A DNA stretch of 64,000 bases from Candidatus Methanomethylicia archaeon (GTDB lineage: Archaea > Thermoproteota > Methanomethylicia > Nezhaarchaeales > B40-G2), in NCBI GenBank assembly GCA_029259155.1, contig JAPDJI010000017.1, forward strand, positions 77,759 to 141,758. The letters run 5' to 3'. Every line of letters begins with the position of its first letter. Positions within the stretch are counted from its first letter, which is position 1. The notes beneath the pieces were generated by a model. The model made no database searches and was not told where the DNA came from. It saw only the letters and a list, made by a program, of their open reading frames with translations. Position numbers and translations under genes: made by a program. Of this stretch, positions 38,023 to 46,119 are shown piece by piece.

Positions 38023-38847
38023 GTGCTGTGGAAGCTAGGAGAACTCGACTTGCAACTTAAAGTTAGGGAGGTTAAGGTCCACCGTGCCCTAAGTCCTAGT
38101 GGCATCTATGGAGTCGATTTCTCCTTGAATCCTTATGTGGGCTGTCAACATGCCTGTGTATACTGCTATGTCCCCTTCACCTACCCTTCAATCCTTAGAG
38201 GGAGGAAATGGGGGGCCTTCGTTGACGTAAAGGTAAACGTTCCCAGGCTAGTTAGACGTGAAGTAAAAGCGCTGCGTGACGCTAGTATCTTGGTTAGTAG
38301 TATAACGGACCCCTATCAACCTCTAGAGGCTAGGTACGGCTTAACGAGGGCTTGCTTGGAGGCTATGCAAGGATCGGGGGTGCACGTAGTGCTCTTAACT
38401 AAGTCTTCGCTTTTTAGAAGGGACTTAGATCTTCTCCAAGGCCTCAAGAGCTGTGAAGTGGGTATAACGGTGACCACCTTAAACCTATCGAAGATAGTTG
38501 AACCCTTCTCTCCCCCTCCTCACGAGAGGTTTAAGGCTATTAAGGAGGCTAGTGAAGTAGGCCTTGAGACTTTTCTCTTTCTTGGACCTCTACTTCCAGC
38601 GGTTGTTGAACAAGAGCTTAAGGAAATACTTGACTCCGCTGTTGAGCATGGTTGTGGAAGGGTGGTCGTGGATAAGTTTAGGTTGAGGCCTAGGATGAAG
38701 GAGAAGCTTTCAGAAGTACTTAGCGTCCTAGACGACCAGGATACTTTTCTTAGTAAAGTAGGGCAGGTAGGTTACTTTGAGGGTCTTAAGAAGGAAATAT
38801 CTATGTTATGCAGCGAGCGAGGATTAGAGGTAGTCTTCTGTTACTGA
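38023..38847 (+). CDS. Radical SAM protein, spore photoproduct lyase-like family
   Basis: NPYVGCQHACVYCY, SITDPYQPLE, LLTKS. Confidence 0.9.
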   Translation: MLWKLGELDLQLKVREVKVHRALSPSGIYGVDFSLNPYVGCQHACVYCYVPFTYPSILRGRKWGAFVDVKVNVPRLVRREVKALRDASILVSSITDPYQPLEARYGLTRACLEAMQGSGVHVVLLTKSSLFRRDLDLLQGLKSCEVGITVTTLNLSKIVEPFSPPPHERFKAIKEASEVGLETFLFLGPLLPAVVEQELKEILDSAVEHGCGRVVVDKFRLRPRMKEKLSEVLSVLDDQDTFLSKVGQVGYFEGLKKEISMLCSERGLEVVFCY

Positions 38848-40025
38848 TTTCCTATCAGGTTGAGGATTTCCTTAAGAGCTTCGTCGACAGCTCTAAACCT
38901 GTGGACCTCCTTAGCCAGCTTTGAAGCCCTCTCGGAATATGTAGGGTCTGATAGCATGGTTAAGGCAACCTCTCTCAGCTTCTCTGCTTCAGCTTCTTCT
39001 TGGTCAAGCACTTTAGCTACTCCTAGCTGCTCAGCGGCTCTAGCGTTTCCAGTCCTTTCTGTATGACCTTTATTGGGGACTATTAACATGGGGGTAGCGG
39101 TATACATAGCTTCGGCTATCGATGTATGTCCTCCATGAGTGATCAATAGATCTGCGGCTTTCAAGTATTCGTGTCGGCTAGGAAGCCAGCCGTAAACCTT
39201 TACTCCGTTTTCCTCAAACATTAGTCCTTGTCTTTCGGGGAGGCTAGCTGATACTACCACGTTGACCTTGCTCAGGCCCTTAAAGGAGGAGATCACCGTT
39301 CTTAACAGCTTTATCCTCTCCTCCTTCAACCCTCCCGTTGATACCAGGATAAGCGGCTTACCATATAGCTTCAATTTCTCCTTAGCCTGGTCCTTATCCT
39401 CGAGTGTGTAACGCTCGTAGTCTATGAGGGGACCTACTAGTTTTAGTTTTCCTCTAAGTCTAGCCGGCACGTAAAGGTTATCTCTGGAAATGGTGTAGGG
39501 AGGTGGAAAATCAGCCACCAAAACTTTATCGACTTTGCTCCAGCCCATCCCAAGTAGCTCACAGCCTAATCTCTCCGTGGCTGCCTTAACCTTGAGTGCG
39601 GCTCCTTTAATGGGCCTTCTCCTAGGTATGATGAGCTTGACCTGGTTGAGGATGAGGATCGACGGCAAATCTAGGAGGTATGCGGCTGTCACTGCTGATA
39701 GCCTTGAGTCCGCTACTACTACGTCGGGCTTTTCCTTCAACATGTACTTGAACTCTAAGCCTGTCTGAACTGCTAACTTGCGCAGCTCAATAGGCCCTCG
39801 AGCCAAGGTCAGCTTAAAGTCCACGTTCCCGTCGTCGCCGAGAAGGTAAGCCATGTATGGAACCTCTAGCACAGGGTAACCTTTGTTTCTGAGAAGTTTG
39901 AGGGTTTCACCGCTGTAGGTCGAGAATGCTACCTTAAACCCTTGCATCTTAGCTTTCTCTGCGAGAGCTAAGCATCTAGTAGCGTGCCCTAGACCTAGAC
40001 CGCAAGCTGCTATGTAAAGCTTCAT
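38841..40025 (-). CDS. GT-B glycosyltransferase (GT28/MurG-like, MJ1255-type)
   Basis: GLGLGHATR, PDVVVADS, LITHGGHTSIAEA, HTERTGNA. Confidence 0.85.
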   Translation of the reverse strand: MKLYIAACGLGLGHATRCLALAEKAKMQGFKVAFSTYSGETLKLLRNKGYPVLEVPYMAYLLGDDGNVDFKLTLARGPIELRKLAVQTGLEFKYMLKEKPDVVVADSRLSAVTAAYLLDLPSILILNQVKLIIPRRRPIKGAALKVKAATERLGCELLGMGWSKVDKVLVADFPPPYTISRDNLYVPARLRGKLKLVGPLIDYERYTLEDKDQAKEKLKLYGKPLILVSTGGLKEERIKLLRTVISSFKGLSKVNVVVSASLPERQGLMFEENGVKVYGWLPSRHEYLKAADLLITHGGHTSIAEAMYTATPMLIVPNKGHTERTGNARAAEQLGVAKVLDQEEAEAEKLREVALTMLSDPTYSERASKLAKEVHRFRAVDEALKEILNLIGNQ

Positions 40026-40031
40026 TGCGCT

Positions 40032-40661
40032 CTACCTTGAAGCCATTAACTCCTTCCTGATCACCCTACCGCTAGGCTCAAGCTCCTCAAAAATCTCAGC
40101 CTCAAATTTATAGACCTTAGTCCCCTCTATCAGCCAGGCATCGGGGAAGAGCCCGGCCTTCATACAGGCCTCGGAAAGGAAGGTTTCCTCGTCCCACCCC
40201 CACTCCACAGCTACTTGGGGGAGTAGGAGGCCCTTGAAGATTCCTCTCTCCACCACTAAGCCATCCCTACCTACCTTTATTTTCTTGGGTAGGTCAGAGG
40301 GCCTAGAGACTTTAATGAGCTCCAATGGAGTAAGCACGCTCACTTCGAATACAACGTTGCTCAGCTCTTTCACAGTCAAGGGGTAGAATCGAGGGTCGCT
40401 GGTAGCTGAGCTTATTGCGGCATCTATGGTTGCTTCTACGAGAGGTACGATGGGCTCAGGGTACCCTATGCAGCCTCTAAGCCTCTTATACACTCTCCCC
40501 TCAAGGCTCTCAAAGCTGTTAATGGTGACGAAGACACCCCTCTTTTCAAGCAACCTTTCAGGTGTATCTGGGGGAGGCTTAATCTGCCTTCCTTCCATTA
40601 GATAAGCTTCCACCGCTCTCCTAGCAAGCCTCACTAGGAATTCTCCTTCAGCGAGCCTCAA
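40032..40661 (-). CDS. AMMECR1 domain protein (TIGR00296-like)
   Basis: RGVFVT, LRGCIG, DPRF, EVSVLT, GLLLPQV. Confidence 0.95.
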   Translation of the reverse strand: MRLAEGEFLVRLARRAVEAYLMEGRQIKPPPDTPERLLEKRGVFVTINSFESLEGRVYKRLRGCIGYPEPIVPLVEATIDAAISSATSDPRFYPLTVKELSNVVFEVSVLTPLELIKVSRPSDLPKKIKVGRDGLVVERGIFKGLLLPQVAVEWGWDEETFLSEACMKAGLFPDAWLIEGTKVYKFEAEIFEELEPSGRVIRKELMASR

Positions 40662-40709
40662 AGCCTCCTCTACCTCTCTTAATTTTCTTAGCCAGTATTT
40701 TTTATGGTT

Positions 40710-41195
40710 TTATGTGCTAGGCGCTAGCCTCCTAGCTTCCTCAAGCACCTTTGATATGCCTCGCCAGTGGCTCCCCCTCCAATATATTTTGCCACACCCT
40801 GTACACACCCAGTATTCGTTGTGGGCTTTAAATGAGCGTTCAGGTACTTTTCCCTCGACTTCCATCCTCGAAGCTCTCCTAAGCGATGAGTTGCAGGTGG
40901 GGCAACGTGAGAGGTTCGGGTCAATTTCTAACTCGCCTCTTAATATAGATATTACAGTAGCCAGCTGGACGGCGTGGTGGGGGCTTCTAAGAAGGATGGT
41001 GCGCAACCCAGCCTTTGAAGCTCTTTCATGAAGCTCTACATCCCTAGTGATCAAAATCCTTCCTTCTTTCTTAGCCATAGCTATTAGCTGGTCGTCGTCA
41101 GCCTCTCTATCGTAGTACGTGTCGAAGCCCAGCATACGTAGCCATCGCGTAAGCCTACCACACATCGAGTTCACTAGGAGCTTCTCTTGCCTCAA
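40710..41195 (-). CDS. Mut7-C RNase (PIN-like) domain protein
   Basis: MCGRLTRWLRMLGFD, ITRD, RCPTCN, CTGCGKIYWRGSH. Confidence 0.92.
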   Translation of the reverse strand: MRQEKLLVNSMCGRLTRWLRMLGFDTYYDREADDDQLIAMAKKEGRILITRDVELHERASKAGLRTILLRSPHHAVQLATVISILRGELEIDPNLSRCPTCNSSLRRASRMEVEGKVPERSFKAHNEYWVCTGCGKIYWRGSHWRGISKVLEEARRLAPST

Positions 41196-41197
41196 AG

Positions 41198-41758
41198 CTA
41201 GGTCCTCTCTACTCCATACTCGAGTCTACATTCTTCGCAGAGCATCTGACCGTCTATCTGGATGAGGTTCTCAGACCACTCTCCACAGCTATCGCAGTGT
41301 CCAGCTAGTCCTTCCCTCACCATCGACTCTCCCTCTAGCATTGAAGCCTTCTCCGCTAGGATCTCTACGAGGGCTGGAGCGACTCTCATAATGTCTCTAT
41401 CGGTAACCACTCCTCTCACTCTCCCTCCTTCCATGACCACTAGGTGGCGTACTCTCATCTTAGACATGATACGTAGAGCTTCCACCACGTTATCGCTGGG
41501 CTTCACGGTGATGATAGGCTTGGACATAACATCCTTTAACTTAATCTTCTCCGAGTCTAACCCTTTAGCTAGAACTCTCGCCACTAGATCTCCCTCCGTA
41601 GCTATGCCTATTGGCCTACCTTCCTGGTCAACAACTATGATGCATCCAGCGTCCACTGAAGCCATGATTGAAGCTGCCTCCTTCACAGTGATGTCTGGCC
41701 CTGCCTTTAAGGGGTTGGGGGTAGCTACGTCAGCTACCTTAAGCCTTACCTCGCTCAC
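41198..41758 (-). CDS. CBS-pair protein with C-terminal zinc ribbon
   Basis: Two CBS repeats (GIATEGDL, GVVTDRDI); CDSC...CEEC. Confidence 0.9.
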   Translation of the reverse strand: MSEVRLKVADVATPNPLKAGPDITVKEAASIMASVDAGCIIVVDQEGRPIGIATEGDLVARVLAKGLDSEKIKLKDVMSKPIITVKPSDNVVEALRIMSKMRVRHLVVMEGGRVRGVVTDRDIMRVAPALVEILAEKASMLEGESMVREGLAGHCDSCGEWSENLIQIDGQMLCEECRLEYGVERT

Positions 41759-41792
41759 CTACCTCACCACCACTATTCGCGCTATACTTCTT

Positions 41793-43709
41793 CTAAGCTT
41801 TAACTACTCTTAGTATTCTCCCTCCCCCTGGCGGTAGAAGGCGGTGTATTTCATCCATGGCTGAGGCTTTAAGCCCAAGCTTGTCTGCTACTTCACGCGC
41901 TAGTTTAGATACTCTTTGTTCTCCTGGAGCCAGTAACACGTAGACTTTGGCTTTCTTGGCTATAGCGTCTGGCGGTCCACCTATGAGCCTATCTTCATGG
42001 TCTAAGCCTATGGCTACGAGAAGGGAGAGCCCTTTGACGTAATTTCTTTCCCCTCTAATCATGAAGGACCCTTTAGCCAAATATTCCCCTGAGGGCGGGG
42101 TCTTAGATACCTGGCTAGGCTTAACCCAGTAGGCATCACCTAATAAGCGACCTTCCTTCCAGGCTTTGGAGTACGCTAAAGCGAATTGAGCGGCTTCACG
42201 TATGGTAGCTTGAGGTGGACTTAAGCCAGCTTTCTTTACAAGCACTACTGGTGCTCCATGTACTTCCGCGTGGATGAAGAGGTCATCGTCCTCCATGTAC
42301 CTCCTGACCAATAGCTCGTTCTGTGAAGAGTCTCTCCCCCCTATGACGAGTAAGCCGTCAGAAGAGAAGAACCACCTGAACTTCTCGTACCAAGCCTTAA
42401 TCCTAGCGGGCTTAATTGGAGCCTTCTCTTCAGCCTCTGCCTCCTTGAGTTTCTCTTCTGCCTGCTTCATAGCCTCCTCTACGGACTTTGCTTTCCGCTC
42501 AGCTTCCTTAGCTTCCTCGTAAAGCCTTGAAGCGTTTTGGGCAGCGCTCATCGTGTAATCGAGCTCCACTTCGACGCCATCCAGAGAAACTAGAGCTTTC
42601 CTAGAGGCTAAGTCTACGTTAACTATAACCCCTAGCCCTGCCTTCACTCTCTCCACTACCTCAGCGCCTTTAATCCCTGATCGTAACAGCTTCGTTAGAT
42701 CGTTCAGCGAGGCCTGTACTTCGAGCAGTCTTGACATCAGTAGCTCGGCAGCTTTACGTTTCACTTCACTTTGTTTTCTTAAAGCCTCCAGCCTTGCTTT
42801 TTGTTGCCTTAATACTTCTTGAAGCCTTCTTTCCTCGCTGCTTAAAGCTTCCGCTCTGCGCTGCTCCTCCATTGCTTGTCTAAGCTTAAGGAAGTAATGA
42901 TCTAAGGCTTCATTAAAGCTGTCGTAGCGTTCACGCCTCCCCTCAACGGACTTAAACTCCACTGGGAGTACTGTGTGAGGCTTCTCTTCTACGTATACGA
43001 CGTTAGGTTCAAGAGGCTTCTCTTTCACTTCTCCATATAAGTCGATGAGAGCCCTGTGAAGCTTAACGATCTCTTCTTCTTTAAGCGCTTCAACGCGGCT
43101 ATCCTTGCTGATTCCTGCTCTAAAACAGGCTTCTTCAGCTATTTCGCCTGCCACGTTAAATCCTCTTACGATGACCCCAGCTACCTTACCCTTGGCTTCC
43201 AGTAGACTTTGCTTAAACTCTTCAAGGCTGCATGTATAAGGGTTTAAGCCTCTCAGAGGTGGGGGCTTATAAGGCTCCTTGGGTAGGAGGAGGCGGTCCT
43301 TCATCCTTTTAGGGTGGAGACAGTTGACGATGAGTTTCTCGCTGTTTAAGAGGACTACGTTAAATCCTCTCACTAGCTCGAAGACAAGAATGTACTTTCC
43401 ATCTCTACGCTCAATGGTTAAGGCCACCACTCTATCATCGTTTAGCTGCTCTACCTTAACGACGCGTCCTCCTCTAACCTTACTTCTTAGGAGGGCACAG
43501 AAGCCTGGAGGGGTTTTAGGTTTAGGATATTCAGCTCGTGTTAAGCCTACCCTACCGAGGGAGTCAGCTATCAGCCATATCACTCCTTCTTTTCCTCGTA
43601 GTTTAAGAAGTATGGAGCCATCGCGTAGCTGGTAGATATTGTCTACGAAAAGGCCGATAACTCTCTCCTCTAGCTCCCTTACAGCTGCGACTACGTCCAG
43701 CGCCGTCAT
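41793..43709 (-). CDS. rqcH: Ribosome quality control factor Rqc2/NEMF (NFACT family)
   Basis: MTALDV, DRVV, NFACT-N, coiled coil, WYEKFRWF, GGRD..QNE, HAEVHGAP, GSFMIRG. Confidence 0.93.
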   Translation of the reverse strand: MTALDVVAAVRELEERVIGLFVDNIYQLRDGSILLKLRGKEGVIWLIADSLGRVGLTRAEYPKPKTPPGFCALLRSKVRGGRVVKVEQLNDDRVVALTIERRDGKYILVFELVRGFNVVLLNSEKLIVNCLHPKRMKDRLLLPKEPYKPPPLRGLNPYTCSLEEFKQSLLEAKGKVAGVIVRGFNVAGEIAEEACFRAGISKDSRVEALKEEEIVKLHRALIDLYGEVKEKPLEPNVVYVEEKPHTVLPVEFKSVEGRRERYDSFNEALDHYFLKLRQAMEEQRRAEALSSEERRLQEVLRQQKARLEALRKQSEVKRKAAELLMSRLLEVQASLNDLTKLLRSGIKGAEVVERVKAGLGVIVNVDLASRKALVSLDGVEVELDYTMSAAQNASRLYEEAKEAERKAKSVEEAMKQAEEKLKEAEAEEKAPIKPARIKAWYEKFRWFFSSDGLLVIGGRDSSQNELLVRRYMEDDDLFIHAEVHGAPVVLVKKAGLSPPQATIREAAQFALAYSKAWKEGRLLGDAYWVKPSQVSKTPPSGEYLAKGSFMIRGERNYVKGLSLLVAIGLDHEDRLIGGPPDAIAKKAKVYVLLAPGEQRVSKLAREVADKLGLKASAMDEIHRLLPPGGGRILRVVKA

Positions 43710-43838
43710 TTCCTTCTTAAATCTGGATCCCTCCAGGCCTAGGGGGGTGGAGGATCCTTATTAGCTAGTTCATCTTCTACAGCACAGCTTATTTAAGCAG
43801 CAGCCTCGTCCTTAGGGAGGCGGCCTGAGGGGGTTGAT

Positions 43839-44147
43839 TTGAAGCCTGGATCAAAAGTATATTACTCTAGGTCGCTTATGGGAATAATGGCTGGCCTCGT
43901 CTGTGGAGCGCTGGATAACCTTCTCGCCTCGCTTTCTCCCTATGTTTATGACGTCGTAGCGATAGTAGTTGCAGCGATGATTTACTATGTTTCAATCCTC
44001 TTCGCTCGCTTCGTTTTAAACGTAAAGCCTGACGACCTGAACAACCCTGCTTACTTAAAGAAAGGCGGCCTCTTCACATTCATCTTGCTCTGGCTAATGG
44101 TTTGGTCGTTAACCGTCAGCTTTCAGAGACCTCTTCCTTGGCCTTAA
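43839..44147 (+). CDS. EMC6-like three-TM membrane protein
   Basis: VYYSR..GIMAG..CG TM1, central TM, GLFTFILLWLMVWSL C-terminal TM resembling EMC6/Rab5ip. Confidence 0.55.
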   Translation: MKPGSKVYYSRSLMGIMAGLVCGALDNLLASLSPYVYDVVAIVVAAMIYYVSILFARFVLNVKPDDLNNPAYLKKGGLFTFILLWLMVWSLTVSFQRPLPWP

Positions 44148-44757
44148 CAACTTCCCTCGTCTTCCCTTCTCTAAGCAGCTTCTCCTCGTCTTCAACTATT
44201 TCATGTTTAAGGTACTTTAACAACTGACGTGAAACCACAGGCTTTCCGTTATCGAGAGGGTAAGCGTAAGGTAGGTATATGGTGACTGGTGGAGCCTTAA
44301 CGACTAGCCCTCTACGTATATGTAACTCGTTTAACTTAAACCCCTGTGCCACCTTTAAGGCTAGATACGCAGATCCATCTATGGTAAACTGTTCTCTACC
44401 TAGGTTTCTAGCTCTAGCTCTAGGAGCCTTTGAGGTTAACAACTTCCATGTCCTTCCTCTTGGAGGATGGCTTCCCAGGATTCCTCCAATAAGGAGGACC
44501 GTGGAGGACCCTAGGTCTTCAGGCTTTAACGGTTCTTCGGCCCTAGGATCTAGTATGATGAGCTCTTCGTGTGGATAAAGCTCTAGTGCGCTTTCCTTAA
44601 CACTGCTACCTATAACAGACAGGGTTTCTCTATGGCTACTCTTCTTGACGTTGGTGAACTCGACTCTTTCCTCTAAGAGTTTAGAGGCATGGGCGTACTC
44701 TATCCAGAGCCATTTGCTAAGCCAGGGCTCTAAATGTTCTATTACCACTTTTACCAT
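44116..44757 (-). CDS. SPOUT methyltransferase, Sfm1/DUF431-like
   Basis: IEHLEP..W.WIEY, ILDP.A..L, IGGILGSHPPRGRT, RNLG..QFTIDG. Confidence 0.88.
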   Translation of the reverse strand: MVKVVIEHLEPWLSKWLWIEYAHASKLLEERVEFTNVKKSSHRETLSVIGSSVKESALELYPHEELIILDPRAEEPLKPEDLGSSTVLLIGGILGSHPPRGRTWKLLTSKAPRARARNLGREQFTIDGSAYLALKVAQGFKLNELHIRRGLVVKAPPVTIYLPYAYPLDNGKPVVSRQLLKYLKHEIVEDEEKLLREGKTREVVKAKEEVSES

Positions 44758-44784
44758 CTGGCACTACCTCTACGCTGATCCGTT

Positions 44785-45144
44785 TTATGAACGCTCTTTC
44801 TCTTCTTTCAATTTAGCTAACTGGTCGAGGATATCTACCCATTGTTCAAAAAAGCCTCGATCGAAGTCATCTATTATTGGGCTTCTAGCTTTAGCGGCTA
44901 TTTCCTCGCGTACCTGCCTTACCTCATCTATAGACATCTGGTCCTTCGCCCTTAAGAATAAAGTGTCCCTATCTCCGCGTTGCACTGCTATAAAGAGTCC
45001 TTGAAGTGCTAGGAACCTACCTTCGGAATACTCGCCCCTTCCTTTTAGTTCTCCTAGCTTCTCCAGAATCCTAGCAGCTTCTGAGTAGGCTTCGAAGAAT
45101 AGGCTTCGTAGGTATTGTTTAATTCTCTCTTCGAGCCACGACAG
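44785..45144 (-). CDS. Helical hypothetical protein (about 119 aa), CTG start
   Basis: Frame open 53 codons upstream of the track ORF, back to CTG 45144, 7 nt after GGGAGGT; in-frame TAA two codons further upstream. Confidence 0.65.
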   Translation of the reverse strand: MSWLEERIKQYLRSLFFEAYSEAARILEKLGELKGRGEYSEGRFLALQGLFIAVQRGDRDTLFLRAKDQMSIDEVRQVREEIAAKARSPIIDDFDRGFFEQWVDILDQLAKLKEEKERS

Positions 45145-45160
45145 GGCTTAAACCTCCCAG

Positions 45161-46081
45161 TTAAGTTTCCTTTAAGTCTCTAACCCCTTCTTTACACACC
45201 TTAAAAAAGACCTCCTCCTCAGGTAGACATAAACTGTTCTCCAGCTTCGCTAGCCATTCTCCTTCCCTAACCTTACTTAACCTCACCTTAACCAACCCAG
45301 CCTCCATTAGAACTCCTCCAGCCGGTATAACCTCCATTTCCCTTGGCCCTGACACCACCTGATTCGCCAACACTACTGCTACGCCTTTCGCAGCTATCTC
45401 CTCTAGATCCTTTAAATGTAAAAGTAGTCTCCACTGCCGCTCTACTACGTCATCACCGTACTCCACTCTGAATAGGTTGGTAACGGTGTCTACTGCCAGT
45501 AACCCTACATGTCTGCTCATCCTGCCAGCCTCTTTCACAGCCTTTACTTGTTCTTCAACGCTCCTCGGTTGAAAGACCACTATGTTCCTGAGCACGTCGT
45601 CTTCATTAAGCCTCAACGCGCTAGCCATTTCTTTGACTCGCTCAGGTCTAAAGGAGCCCTCCGTATCCACGTACACCGCCTTTAACTCTAACCCTCCTCT
45701 TTCCCTAGGGAGTTGAACGTTAACGCATAATTGATGGCATAGCTGGGTTTTACCTGACGCGAAGCCTCCATAAAACTCGGTTATGACACCGACCTCTACT
45801 CCTCCTCCTAGTAAGTTATCGAGAGCTCTACTGCTGGTAGTTACCTTTACTCCCTCTTCGACTAAAGCCTCCTCTAAGTTAACTCTCCTTAACCCTATAG
45901 CCTCCGCGCTTCTCTTTACTAAGGCTTCAGCCTCTTCAAGGCGGACCTCGAGGGCCTTAGCCAGGTCAAGAGGAGAGAAGAGCGCTAGCTGGTCAGCAAG
46001 GTGTAAGTTAAGTGCTCTTAACTTCTCCACTAAGCTAACCGGTATCGCTAGATCATCAACTGTTACAGCTTTCCTCCTCAC
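45161..46081 (-). CDS. RadA/Rad51 paralog with N-terminal HhH-like domain
   Basis: LDNLLGGG, ITEFYGGFASGKTQLCHQL, YVDTEGSFRPER; divergent C-terminus. Confidence 0.88.
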   Translation of the reverse strand: MRRKAVTVDDLAIPVSLVEKLRALNLHLADQLALFSPLDLAKALEVRLEEAEALVKRSAEAIGLRRVNLEEALVEEGVKVTTSSRALDNLLGGGVEVGVITEFYGGFASGKTQLCHQLCVNVQLPRERGGLELKAVYVDTEGSFRPERVKEMASALRLNEDDVLRNIVVFQPRSVEEQVKAVKEAGRMSRHVGLLAVDTVTNLFRVEYGDDVVERQWRLLLHLKDLEEIAAKGVAVVLANQVVSGPREMEVIPAGGVLMEAGLVKVRLSKVREGEWLAKLENSLCLPEEEVFFKVCKEGVRDLKET

Positions 46082-46119
46082 AGCCGCTCAACTTAATTAA
46101 CTTAAATGTACCTAAAAAT

